From Eledone cirrhosa (Eukaryota): a stretch of DNA of 64,000 nucleotides. Numbering within the stretch: position 1 is the stretch's first letter; every line of letters starts with the position of its first letter. This document shows positions 1 through 14,700 of the stretch, one piece after another. The stretch lies in contig OZ024744.1 of assembly GCA_964016885.1 (NCBI GenBank), positions 10,354,001 through 10,418,000 of the forward strand, in the 5' to 3' direction. The translations under genes were made by a program, and so were the position numbers. The notes under the pieces are model-generated. The model was not told where the DNA came from. It searched no databases and worked only from the letters and a program-made list of their open reading frames with translations.

Positions 1-3000
1 TTGTTATACTCCAGTATGTTGTGTTGAGGTACTCCAATATGTTGTGATGTTGTACTCAAAAATGTTGTGTTGTTGTACTCCAATATGTTGTGTTGTTGTA
101 CTCCAATACGTTGTGTTGTTGTACTCCAATATTTTGTGCTGTTATACTCCAATATGTTGTGTTGTTATACTCCAAAAAGTTGTGTTGTTTTACTCCAATA
201 TGTTGTGTTGTTATACTCCAGTATGTTGTGTTGTTGTACTCCAATATGTTGTGTTGTTGTACTCCAATATGTCATGTTATACTCCAATATGTCATGTTGT
301 TTTACTCCAATATGTTGTGTTGTTGCACTCCAATATGTCGTGTTGTTGTACTCCAATATGTTGTGTTTTGTACTCCAATATGTTGTGTTATTGTACTCCA
401 ATATGTTGTGTTGTTATACTCCAATACGCTGTGCTGTTGTACTCCAATATGTTATGTTATACTCCAATATGTTGTGTTGTTGTACTCCAATATATCATGT
501 TGTCGTACTCCAATATGTCATGTTATACTCCAATATGTCGTTGTTATACTCCAATATGTCGTGTTGCTGTACTCCAATATGCCGCGCTGTTGTACTCCAA
601 TATGTTTTGATGTTGTACTCCAATATGTTGTGTTGTTGTACTCCAATATGTTGTGTTGTTGTACTCCAATATGTTGTGTTGTTATACTCCAATATGTTGT
701 GCTGTTGTACTCCAATATGTCAGGTTGTTGTACTCCGATATTTCGTGTTGTTCTACTCCAATATTTCGTGTTGTTTTACTCCAATACGTCGTGGTGTTGT
801 ACTCCAATATGTTTTGATGTTGTACTCCAATATGTCGTGTTGTTGTACTCCAATATGTTGTGTTGTTGAACTCCAATATGCTGTGTTGTTATACTCCTAA
901 ATGTTGTGTTGTTGTACTCCAATATGTTGTGTTGTACTCCAATATGTTGTGTTGTTACACTCCACAATGTTGTGTTGTTGTACTCCAAAATGTGATGTTG
1001 TTGTACTCCAATATGTCGTATTGTTGTACTCCAATATGTTGTGTTGTTATACTCCAATATTTCGTGTTATTTTACTCCAATATGTCATGTTGTTGTACTC
1101 CAATATTTCGTGTTGTTGTACTCCAATATGTCATGGTGTTGTACTTCAATATGTCGTATTGTTGTACTCCAGTATGTTGTGTTGTTGTTCTCCAATATGT
1201 CGTGTTGTTATACTCCAATATGTTATGATGTTGTACTCCAATATATTGTGTTGTTGTACTCCAATATGTTGTGTTGTTATACTCCAATATGTTGTGTTAT
1301 TTTACTCCAATATGTTGTGTTGTTGTACTCCAATATGTTGTGTTGTTGTACTCCAATATGTTGTGTTGTTGTAATCCAATATCTTGTGTTGTTGTACTCC
1401 AATATGTTGTGTTGTTGTTCTCCAATATGTTGTGTTGTTATACTCCAATATGTTGTGTTGTGATACTCCAATATGTTGTGCTGTTGTACTCCAATATGTG
1501 TTGTTGTTGTACTCCAATATGTTGCGTTGTTGTACTCCAATATATCATGTTGTCGTACTCCAATATGTCATGTTATACTCCAATATGTTTTGATGCTGTA
1601 CTCCAATATGTTGTGTTGTTGTACTACAATATGTTGTGTTGTTGAACTCCAATATGTTGTTTTTTGTACTCCAATATGTCATGTTGTTGTACTCCAGTAT
1701 GTCTTGTTATACTCCAATATGTCGTGTTGCTGTACTCCAATATGTCATGATGTTGTACTCCAATATGTTTTGCTGTTGTACTCCAATATGTTTTGCTGTT
1801 GTACTCCAATATGTTGTGTTGCTGTACTCCAATATGTTGTGTTGTTGTACTCCAATATGTTGTGTTGTTGTAATCCAATATCTTGTGTTGTTATACTCCA
1901 ATATGTTGTGTTGTTATACTCCAATATGTTGTGTTGTGATACTCCAATGTGTTATGTTGTTATACTCCAATATGTTGTGCTGTGATACTCCAATATGTTG
2001 TGTTGTTGTACTCCAATCTGTTGTGTTGTTATTCTCCAATATGTTGTGTTGTTATACTCCAATATGTTATGTTGTTTTACTCCAATATGTTGTGTTGTTG
2101 TACTCCAATATGTTGTGTTGTTGTACTCCAATATGTTATGTTGTTTTACTCCAATATGTTGTGTTGTTGTACTCCAATATGTTGTGCTGTTGTACTCCAA
2201 TATGTTGAATTGTTATACTCCAATATGTAGTGTTGTTATACTCCAATATGTTGTGTTGTTGTACTCCAATCTGTTGTGTTATACTCCAATATGTTGTGTT
2301 GTTATACTCCAATATGTTGTGTTGTTATACTCCAATATGTTGTGTTGTTTTACTCCAATATGTTGTGTTGTTGTACTCCAATATGTTGTATTGTTGATCT
2401 CCAATAAGTTGTGTTCTTGTACTCCAATATATTGTGTTGTTGTACTCCAATATGTTGTGTTTTTGCAATCCAATATTTAATGTTGTTGTACTCCAATATG
2501 TCTTGTTATATTCCAATATGTCGTGTTGTTGTACTCCAATATGTCATGTTGTTGTACTCCAATATTTCTTGTTGTTGTACCCCAATATGTCGTGTTGATT
2601 ATACTCCAATTTTTGTTGCTGTTGTACTCCAATATGTTGTGTTGTTGTACTCCAATATGTTTTGTTGTTGTACTCCAATATGTTGTGTTGTTATTCTCCA
2701 ATATGTTGTGCTGTTGTACTCCAATGTGTTATGTTGTTATACTCCAATATGTTGTGCTGTGATACTCCAATATGTTGTGTTGTTGTACTCCAATCTGTTG
2801 TGTTGTTATACTCCAATATGTTGTGTTGTTATACTCCAATATGTTATGTTGTTTTACTCCAATATGTTGTGTTGTTGTACTCCAATATGTTGTGTTGTTG
2901 TACTCCAATATGTTGTGTTGTTGTAATCCAATATCTTGTGTTGTTATACTCCAATATGTTGTGTTGTTGTACTCCAATATGTTGTGTTGTTGTTCTCCAA

Positions 3001-6000
3001 TATGTCGTGTTGTTATACTCCAATATGTTGTGTTATGATACTCCAATATGTTGTGCTGTTGTACTCCAATATGTTGTGTTGTTATCCTCCAAGATGTAGT
3101 GTTGTTATACTCCAATATGTTGTGTTGTTGTACTCCAATATGTTGTGTTGTTATACTCCAATATGTTGTGTTGTTATACTCCAATATGTAGTGTTGTTAT
3201 ACTCCAATATGTTGTGTTGTTGTACTCCAATCTGTTGTGTTGTTATACTCCAATATGTTGTGTTGTTATACCCCAATATGTTGTGTTGTTTTACTCCAAT
3301 ATGTTGTGTTGCCATACTCCAATATGTTGTGTTGTTGTACTCCAATATGTTGTGCTGCTGTACTCCAATATATTGTGTTATACTCCAATATGTTGTGTTG
3401 TTGTACTCCAATATGTTGTGTTGTTGTAATCCCAAATGTTGTGTTGTTATACTCCAATATGTTGTGTTGTAAAACTCCAATATGTTGTGCTCCAATATGT
3501 TGTGTTATACTCCAATGTGTTGTGTTCTTGTACTCCAATATGAAGTGTTGTAATACTCCAATATGTAGTGCTGTTGTTATACTCCAATATGTTGTGTTAT
3601 AATCCAATGTGTTGTGTTGTTGTACTCCAATCTGTTGTGTTGTTATACTCCAATCTGTTGTGTTGTTATACTGCAATATGTTGTGTTGTTATACTCCAAT
3701 ATGTTGTGTTGTTATACTCCAAGATGTTGTGCTGTGATACTCTAATATGTTGTGTTTTTGTACTCCAATATGTTGTGTTGTTGTACTCCAATATGTTGTG
3801 TTGTTATACTCCAATATGCTGTGCTGTTGTACTCCAATATGTTGTGTTGTACTCCAATATGTTGTGTTGTTGTACTCCTATATCATGTTGTCGTACTCCA
3901 ATATGTCATGTTATACTCCAATATGTCGTTGTTATACTCCAATATGTCATGTTGCTGTACTCCAATATGTCATGTTGTTGTACTCCAATATGTTTTGATG
4001 TTGTACTCCAATATGTTGTGTTGTTGTACTCCAATATGTTGTGTTGTTATACTCCAATATGTTGTGCTGTTGTACTCCAATATGTCAGGTTGTTGTACTC
4101 CGATATTTCGTGTTGTTCTACTCCAATATTTCATGTTGTTTTACTCCAATATGTCGTGGTGTTGTACTCCAATATGTTTTGATGTTGTACTCCAATATGT
4201 CGTGTTGTTGTACTCCAATATGTTGTGTTGTTATACTCCACAATGTTGTGTTGTTGTACTCCAATAGGTTGTGTTGTTGTACTCCAATATGTGATGTTGT
4301 TGTACTCCAATATGTTGTGTTGCTGTACTCCAATATGTTGTGTTGTTGTTCTCCAATATGTCGTGTTGTTATACTCCAATATGTTGTGTTATTGTACTCC
4401 AATATGTTGTGTTGTTATACTCCAATATGCTGTGCTGTTGTACTCCAATATGTTATGTTATACTCCAATATGTTGTGTTGTTGTACTCCAATATATCATG
4501 TTGTCGTACTCCAATATGTCATGTTATACTCCAATATGTCGTTGTTATACTCCAATATGTCGTGTTGCTGTACTCCAATATGCCGCGCTGTTGTACTCCA
4601 ATATGTTTTGATGTTGTACTCCAAGATGTTGTGCTGTGATACTCTAATATGTTGTGTTTTTGTACTCCAATATGTTGTGTTGTTGTACTCCAATATGTTG
4701 TGTTGTTGTAATCCAATATCTTGTGCTGTTATACTCCAATATGTTGTGTTGTTGTACTCCAATATGTTGTGTTGTTATACTCCAATATGTTGTGTTGTGA
4801 TACTCCAAAGTGTTGTGCTGTTGTACTCCAATATGTTGTGTTGTTTTACTCCAATAGTTTGCGTTGTTGTACTCCAATCTGTTGTGTTGTTATATTCCAA
4901 TATGTTGTGTTGTTATACTCCAATATGTTGTGTTGTTGTACTCCAATATGTTGTGTTGTTGTACTCCAATATGTTGTGTTGTTGTAATCCAATATCTTGT
5001 GTTGTTATACTCCAATATGTTGTGTTGTTGTACTCCAATATGTTGTATTGTTGTTCTCCAATATGTCATGTTATACTCCAATATGTTGTGTTCGTGTACT
5101 CCAATATTTTGTGATATTGTACGCCAATATGTTGTGTTGTTGTACTCCAATATGTTGTGTTGTTATACTCCAATATGTTGTGTTGTTGTACTCCAATATG
5201 TTGTTGTACTCCAACATGTTGTGTTGTTGTACTCCAATATGTAGTGTTGTTGTAATCCAATATGTTGTGTTGTTGTACTCCAATATATAGTGTTGTTGTA
5301 CTCCAATATGTTGTGTTGTTGTACTCCAATATGTTGTGTTGTTGTACTCCAATATGTTGTGTTGTTATACTCCAATATGTTGTGTTGTTATACTCCAATA
5401 AGTTGTGTTGTTTTACTCCAATATGTTGTGTTGTTATACTCCAGTATGTTGTGTTGTTGTACTCCAATATGTTGTGTTGTTATACTCCAATATGTTGTGT
5501 TATATTACTCCAATATGTTGTGTTGTTGTACTCCAATATGTTGTGTTGTTGTACTCCAATATGTTGTGTTGTTGTAATCCACTATCTTGTGTTGTTATAC
5601 TCCAATATGTTGTGTTGTTGTACTCCAATATGTTGTGTTGTTGTTCTCCAATATGTTGTGTTGTTATACTCCAATATGTTGTGTTGTGATATTCCAATAT
5701 GTTGTGCTGTTGTACTCCAATATTTTGAGTTGTTATACTCCAATATGTAGTGTTGTTATACGCCAATATGTTGTGTTGTTGTACTCCAATCTGTTGTGTT
5801 ATACTCCAATATGTTGTGTTGTTATACTCCAATATGTTGTGTTGTTATACTCCAATATGTTGTGTTGTTTTACTCCAATATGTTGTGCTGTTGAACTCCA
5901 ATATGTTGTATTGTTGATCTCCAATATGTCATGTTATACTCCAATAAGTTGTGTTCTTTTACTCCAATATGGTTTGTTGTTGTACTCCAATATGTTGTGT

Positions 6001-9000
6001 TGTCGTACTCCAATATGTCATGTTATACTCCAATATGTCGTTGTTATACTCCAATATGTCATGTTGTTGTACTACAATATGTCGTGTTGTTGTACTCCAA
6101 TATGTTTTGATGCTGTACTCCAATATGTTGTGTTGTTGTACTCCAATATGTTGTGTTGTTATACTCCAATATGTTGTCCTGTTGTACTCCAATATGTCAT
6201 GTTGTTGCCCGCCGATATTTCGTGTTATTGTACTCCAATATTTCGTGTTGTTGTACTCCAATATGTTGTGTTTTTGTACTCCAATATGTTGTGTTTTTGT
6301 ACTCCAATATGTTTTGATGTTGTACTCCAATATGTTGTGTTGTTATACTCCAATATGCTGTGTTGTTATACTCCTATATGTTGTGCTGTTGTACTCCAAT
6401 ATGTTGTTTTGTTATACTCCAATATGTTGTGTTGTTGTACTCCAATATGTTGTGTTGTTGTACTCCAATATGTGATGTTGTTGTACTCCAATATGTCGTG
6501 ATGTTGTACTCCAATATGTTGTGTTGTTATACTCCAATATTTCGTGTTGTTTTACTCCAATATGTCATGTTGTTGTACTCCAATATTTCGTGTTGCTGTA
6601 TTCCAATATGTCATGGTGTTGTACTTCAATATGTCGTATTGTTGTACTCCAATATGTTGTGTTGTTGTTCTCCAATATGTCGTGTTGTTATACTCCAATA
6701 TGTTATGATGTTGGACTCCAATATATTGTGTTGTTGTACTCCAATATGTTGTGTTTTTGTAATCCAATATGTAATGTTGTTATACTCCAATATGTCTTGT
6801 TATAGTCCAATATGTCGTGTTGTTGTACTCCAATATGTCATGTTGTTGTACTCCAATATTTCGTGTTGTTGTACCCCAATATGTCGTGTTGATTATACTC
6901 CAATTTTTGTTGCTGTTGTACTCCAATATGTTGTGTTGTTGTACTCCAATATGTTGTGTTGTTATTCTCCAATATGTTGTGCTGTTGTACTCCAATGTGT
7001 TATGTTGTTATACTCCAATATGTTGTGCTGTGATACTCCAATATGTTGTGTTGTTGTACTCCAATCTGTTGTGTTGTTATACTCCAATATGTTGTGTTGT
7101 TATACTCCAATATGTTGTGTTGTTTTACTCCAATATGTTTTGTTGTTGTACTCCAATATGTTGTGTTGTTGTACTCCAATATGTTGTGTTGTTGTAATCC
7201 AATATCTTGTGTTGTTATACTCCAATATGTTGTGTTGTTGTACTCCAATATGTTGTGTTGTTGTTCTCCAATATGTCGTGTTGTTATACTCCAATATGTT
7301 GTGTTATGATACTCCAATATGTTGTGCTGTTGTACTCCAATATGTTGTGTTGTTATACTCCAATATGTAGTTTTGTTATACTCCAATATGTTTTGTTGTT
7401 GTACTCCAATCTGTTGTGTTGTTATACTCCAATATGTTGTGTTGTTATACTCCAATATGTTGTGTTGTTTTACTCCAATATGTTGTGTTGTTGTACTCCA
7501 ATATGTTGTGTTGTTGTACTCCAATATATCATGTTGTCGTACTCCAATATGTCATGTTATACTCCAATATGTCGTTGTTATACTCCAATATGTCATGATG
7601 TTGTACTCCAATATGTCGTGTTCTTGTGCTCCAATATGTCGTGTTGTCGTACTCCAATATGTTGTGTTGTTGTACTCCAATATGTTGTGTTGTTGTACTC
7701 CAATATGTTGTGTTGTTATACTCCAATATGTTGTGCTGTTGTACTCCAATATTTCGTGTTGTTGTACTCCAATACATCGTGTTGTACTCCAATATGTTGT
7801 GTTGTTGTTGTACTCCAATATGTTTTGATGTTGTACTCCAATATGTTGTGTTGTTGTACTCCAATATGTTGTGTAGTCATACTCCAATACGTTGTGTTGT
7901 TGTACTCCAATATGATGTGATGTTGTACTCCAATATGATGTGCTGTTGTACTCCAATGCGTTGTGTTGTTGTACTCCAATGTGTTGTGTTGTTATACTCC
8001 AATATTTTGTGCTGTTGTACTCCAAATCTCGTGTTGTTATACTCCAATGTGTTGTGTTGTTATACTCCAATATGGTGTGTTGTTGTACTCCAATATGTTG
8101 TATTATTTTTCTCCAATATGCCATGTTATACTCCAATATGTTGTGTTCGTGTACTCCAATATGTTGTGTTATTGTACTCCAATATGTTGCGTTGTTGTAC
8201 TCCAATATGTTGTGTTGTTATACTCCAATATGTTGTGTTGTTGTACTCCTATATGTTGTCTTGTTGTACTCCAAAAGGTCATATTATTGTACTCCAATAT
8301 GTATTGTTATACTCCAATATGTCGTGTGTCTGTACTCCAATATGTCATTTTGTTGTACTCCAATATGTCTTGTTATAGTCCAATATGTCGTGTTGTTGTA
8401 CTCCAATATGTCATGTAGTTGTACTCCAATATTTCGTGTTGTTGTACCCCAATATGTCGTGTTGTTTATACTCCAATATGTTTTGCTGTTGTACTCCAAT
8501 ATGTTGTGTTGCTGTACTCCAATATGTTGTGTTGTTGTACTCCAATATGTTGTGTTGTTGTAATCCAATATCTTGTGTTGTTATACTCCAATATGTTGTG
8601 TTGTTATACTCCAATATGTTGTGTTGTGATACTCCAATATGTTGTGCTGTTGTACTCCAATATGTTGAGTTGTTATACTCCAATATGTAGTGTTGTTATA
8701 CTCCAATATGTTGTGTTGTTGTACTCCAATCTGTTGTGTTATACTCCAATATGTTGTGTTGTTATACTCCAATATGTTGTGTTGTTGTACTCCAATATGT
8801 TGTGTTGTTGTACTCCAATATATTGTGTTGTTATTCTCCAATATGTTGTGCTGTTGTACTCCAATGTGTTATGTTGTTATACTCCAATATGTTGTGCTGT
8901 GATACTCCAATATGTTGTGTTGTTGTACTCCAATCTGTTGTGTTGTTATACTCCAATATGTTGTGTTGTTATACTCCAATATGTTATGTTGTTTTACTCC

Positions 9001-11704
9001 AATAAGTTGTGTTGTTGTACTCCAATATGTTGTGTTGTTGTACTCCAATATGTTGTGTTGTTGTAATCCAATATGTTGTGTTGTTATACTCCAATATGCT
9101 GTGTTGTTGTTCTCCAATATGTCGTGTTGTTATACTCCAATATGTTGTGTTATGATACTCCAATATGTTGTGCTGTTGTACTCCAATATGTTGTGTTGTT
9201 ATACTCCAATATGTAGTGTTGTTATACTCCAATATGTTGTGTTGTTGTACTCCAATCTGTTGTGTTGTTATACTCCAATATGTTGTGTTGTTATACTCCA
9301 ATATCTTGTGTTGTTGTACTCCAATCTGTTGTGTTGTTATACTCCAATATGTTGTGTTGTTATACTCCAATATGTTGTGTTGTTTTACTCCAATATGTTG
9401 TGTTGCTGTACTCCAATATGTTGTGTTGTTGTACTCCAATATGTTGTGCTGCTATACTCCAATATATTGTGTTATACTCCAATATGTTGTGTTGTTGTAC
9501 TCCAATATGTTGTGTTGTTGTAATCCAAAATGTTGTGTTGTTATACTCCAATATGTTGTGTTGTAATACTCCAATATGTTGTGCTCCAATATGTTGTGTT
9601 ATACTCCAATGTGTTGTGTTCTTGTACTCCAATATGAAGTGTTGTAATACTCCAATATGTAGTGCTGTTGTTATACTCCAATATGTTGTGTTATAATCCA
9701 ATGTGTTGTGTTGTTGTACTCCAATCTGTTGTGTTGTTATACTCCAATCTGTTGTGTTGTTATACTGCAATATGTTGTGTTGTTATACTCCAATATGTTG
9801 TGTTGTTATACTCCAAGATGTTGTGCTGTGATACTCTAATATGTTGTGTTTTTGTACTCCAATATGTTGTGTTGTTGTACTCCAATATGTTGTGTTGTTG
9901 TAATCCAATATCTTGTGCTGTTATACTCCAATATGTTGTGTTGTTGTACTCCAATATGTTGTGTTGTTATACTCCAATATGTTGTGTTGTGATACTCCAA
10001 AGTGTTGTGCTGTGGTACTCCAATCTGTTGTGTTGTTATACTCCAATATGTTGTGTTGTTATACTCCAATATGGTGTGTTGTTTTACTCCAATATGTTGT
10101 GTTGTTGTAATCCAATATGTTTGTGTTGTTTTACTCCAATATGTTGTGTTGTTATACTCAAATATGTTGTGTTGTTGTACTCCAATATGGTGTGTTGTTG
10201 TACTCCAATATGTTGTGTTGTTGTACTCCAATATGTTGTGTTGTTATACTCCAAATCTCGTGTTGTTATACTCCAATGTGTTGTGTTGTTATACTCCAAT
10301 ATGTTGTGTTGTTGTACTCCAATATGTTGTGTTGTTGTACTCCAATATGTTGTGTTGTTGTACTCCAATATGTTGTGTTGTTGTACTCCAATATGTGATG
10401 TTGTTGTACTCCAATATGTCGTGATGTTGTACTCCAATATGTTGTGTTGTTATACTCCAATATTTCGTGTTGTTTTACTCCAATATGTCATGGTGTTGTA
10501 CTCCAATATTTCGTGTCGCTGTATTCCAATATGTCATGGTGTTGTACTTCAATATGTCGTATTGTTGTACTCCAATATGTTGTGTTGTTGTTCTCCAATA
10601 TGTCGTGTTGTTATACTCCAATATGTTATGATGTTGGACTCCAATATATTGTGTTGTTGTACTCCAATATGTTGTGTTTTTGTAATCCAATATGTAATGT
10701 TGTTGTACTCCAATATGTCTTGTTATAGTCCAATATGTCGTGTTGTTGTACTCCAATATGTCATGTTGTTGTACTCCAATATTTCGTGTTGTTGTACCCC
10801 AATATGTCGTGTTGATTATACTCCAATTTTTGTTGCTGTTGTACTCCAATATGTTGTGTTGTTGTACTCCAATCTGTTGTGTCGTTATTCTCCAATATGT
10901 TGTGCTGTTGTACTCCAATGTGTTATGTTGTTATACTCCAATATGTTGTGCTGTGATATTCCAATATGTTGTGTTGTTGTACTCCAATCTGTTGTGTTGT
11001 TATACTCCAATATGTTGTGTTGTTATACTCCAATATGTTGTGTTGTTTTACTCCAATATGTTGTGTTGTTGTACTCCAATATGTTGTGTTGTTGTAATCC
11101 AATATCTTGTGTTGTTATACTCCAATATGTTGTGTTGTTGTACTCCAATATGTTGTGTTGTTGTTCTCCAATATGTCGTGTTGTTATACTCCAATATGTT
11201 GTGTTATGATACTCCAATATGTTGTGCTGTTGTACTCCAATATTTTGTGTTGTTATACTCCAATATGTAGTGTTGTTATACTCCAATATGTTGTGTTGTT
11301 GTACTCCAATCTGTTGTGTTGTTATACTCCAATATGTTGTGTTGTTATACTCCAATATGTTGTGTTGTTTTACTCCAATATGTTGTGTTGTTGTACTCCA
11401 ATATGTTGTATTGTTGTACTCCAATATGTTGTGTTGTTCTACTCCAATATATCATGTTGTCGTACTCCAATATATCATGTTATACTCCAATGTGTCGTTG
11501 TTATACTCCAATATGTCATGATGTTGTACTCCAATATGTCGTGTTCTTGTACTCCAATATGTCGTGTTGTCGTACTCCAATATATTGTGTTGTTGTACTC
11601 CAATATGTTGTGTTGTTGTACTCCAATATGTTGTGTTGTTATACTCCAATATGTTGTGTTGTTATACTCCCAAAAGTTGTGTTGTTTTACTCCAATATGT
11701 TGTG
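1..11704 (+). repeat. Higher-order repeat copy 1 (~11.7 kb, used as the reference unit)
   Basis: The rare variant run CCAGTATGTTGTGTTGAGGTACTCC...GTGATG at 11-50 recurs 11,704 bp later (GAGG at 26 and 11730). The unit start is arbitrary and set at the window edge. Confidence 0.85.
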
Positions 11705-14700
11705 TTGTTATACTCCAGTATGTTGTGTTGAGGTACTCCAATATGTTGTGATGTTGTACTCCAAAATGTTGTGTTGTTGTACTCCAATATGTTGTGTTGT
11801 TGTACTCCAATACGTTGTGTTGTTGTACTCCGATATTTCGTGTTGTTCTACTCCAATATTTCGTGTTGTTTTACTCCAATACGTCGTGGTGTTGTACTCC
11901 AATATGTTTTGATGTTGTACTCCAATATGTCGTGTTGTTGTACTCCAATATGTTGTGTTGTTGAACTCCAATATGCTGTGTTGTTATACTCCTAAATGTT
12001 GTGTTGTTGTACTCCAATATGTTGTGTTGTACTCCAATATGTTGTGTTGTTACACTCCACAATGTTGTGTTGTTGTACTCCAAAATGTGATGTTGTTGTA
12101 CTCCAATATGTCGTATTGTTGTACTCCAATATGTTGTGTTGTTATACTCCAATATTTCGTGTTATTTTACTCCAATATGTCATGTTGTTGTACTCCAATA
12201 TTTCGTGTTGTTGTACTCCAATATGTCATGGTGTTGTACTTCAATATGTCGTATTGTTGTACTCCAGTATGTTGTGTTGTTGTTCTCCAATATGTCGTGT
12301 TGTTATACTCCAATATGTTATGATGTTGTACTCCAATATATTGTGTTGTTGTACTCCAATATGTTGTGTTGTTATACTCCAATATGTTGTGTTATTTTAC
12401 TCCAATATGTTGTGTTGTTGTACTCCAATATGTTGTGTTGTTGTACTCCAATATGTTGTGTTGTTGTAATCCAATATCTTGTGTTGTTGTACTCCAATAT
12501 GTTGTGTTGTTGTTCTCCAATATGTTGTGTTGTTATACTCCAATATGTTGTGTTGTGATACTCCAATATGTTGTGCTGTTGTACTCCAATATGTGTTGTT
12601 GTTGTACTCCAATATGTTGCGTTGTTGTACTCCAATATATCATGTTGTCGTACTCCAATATGTCATGTTATACTCCAATATGTTTTGATGCTGTACTCCA
12701 ATATGTTGTGTTGTTGTACTACAATATGTTGTGTTGTTGAACTCCAATATGTTGTTTTTTGTACTCCAATATGTCATGTTGTTGTACTCCAGTATGTCTT
12801 GTTATACTCCAATATGTCGTGTTGCTGTACTCCAATATGTCATGATGTTGTACTCCAATATGTTTTGCTGTTGTACTCCAATATGTTGTGTTGCTGTACT
12901 CCAATATGTTGTGTTGTTGTACTCCAATATGTTGTGTTGTTGTAATCCAATATCTTGTGTTGTTATACTCCAATATGTTGTGTTGTTATACTCCAATATG
13001 TTGTGTTGTGATACTCCAATGTGTTATGTTGTTATACTCCAATATGTTGTGCTGTGATACTCCAATATGTTGTGTTGTTGTACTCCAATCTGTTGTGTTG
13101 TTATACTCCAATATGTTGTGTTGTTATACTCCAATATGTTATGTTGTTTTACTCCAATATGTTGTGTTGTTGTACTCCAATATGTTGTGTTGTTGTACTC
13201 CAATATGTTATGTTGTTTTACTCCAATATGTTGTGTTGTTGTACTCCAATATGTTGTGCTGTTGTACTCCAATATGTTGAATTGTTATACTCCAATATGT
13301 AGTGTTGTTATACTCCAATATGTTGTGTTGTTGTACTCCAATCTGTTGTGTTATACTCCAATATGTTGTGTTGTTATACTCCAATATGTTGTGTTGTTAT
13401 ACTCCAATATGTTGTGTTGTTTTACTCCAATATGTTGTGTTGTTGTACTCCAATATGTTGTATTGTTGATCTCCAATAAGTTGTGTTCTTGTACTCCAAT
13501 ATATTGTGTTGTTGTACTCCAATATGTTGTGTTTTTGCAATCCAATATTTAATGTTGTTGTACTCCAATATGTCTTGTTATATTCCAATATGTCGTGTTG
13601 TTGTACTCCAATATGTCATGTTGTTGTACTCCAATATTTCTTGTTGTTGTACCCCAATATGTCGTGTTGATTATACTCCAATTTTTGTTGCTGTTGTACT
13701 CCAATATGTTGTGTTGTTGTACTCCAATATGTTTTGTTGTTGTACTCCAATATGTTGTGTTGTTATTCTCCAATATGTTGTGCTGTTGTACTCCAATGTG
13801 TTATGTTGTTATACTCCAATATGTTGTGCTGTGATACTCCAATATGTTGTGTTGTTGTACTCCAATCTGTTGTGTTGTTATACTCCAATATGTTGTGTTG
13901 TTATACTCCAATATGTTATGTTGTTTTACTCCAATATGTTGTGTTGTTGTACTCCAATATGTTGTGTTGTTGTACTCCAATATGTTGTGTTGTTGTAATC
14001 CAATATCTTGTGTTGTTATACTCCAATATGTTGTGTTGTTGTACTCCAATATGTTGTGTTGTTGTTCTCCAATATGTCGTGTTGTTATACTCCAATATGT
14101 TGTGTTATGATACTCCAATATGTTGTGCTGTTGTACTCCAATATGTTGTGTTGTTATCCTCCAAGATGTAGTGTTGTTATACTCCAATATGTTGTGTTGT
14201 TGTACTCCAATATGTTGTGTTGTTATACTCCAATATGTTGTGTTGTTATACTCCAATATGTAGTGTTGTTATACTCCAATATGTTGTGTTGTTGTACTCC
14301 AATCTGTTGTGTTGTTATACTCCAATATGTTGTGTTGTTATACCCCAATATGTTGTGTTGTTTTACTCCAATATGTTGTGTTGCCATACTCCAATATGTT
14401 GTGTTGTTGTACTCCAATATGTTGTGCTGCTGTACTCCAATATATTGTGTTATACTCCAATATGTTGTGTTGTTGTACTCCAATATGTTGTGTTGTTGTA
14501 ATCCCAAATGTTGTGTTGTTATACTCCAATATGTTGTGTTGTAAAACTCCAATATGTTGTGCTCCAATATGTTGTGTTATACTCCAATGTGTTGTGTTCT
14601 TGTACTCCAATATGAAGTGTTGTAATACTCCAATATGTAGTGCTGTTGTTATACTCCAATATGTTGTGTTATAATCCAATGTGTTGTGTTGTTGTACTCC

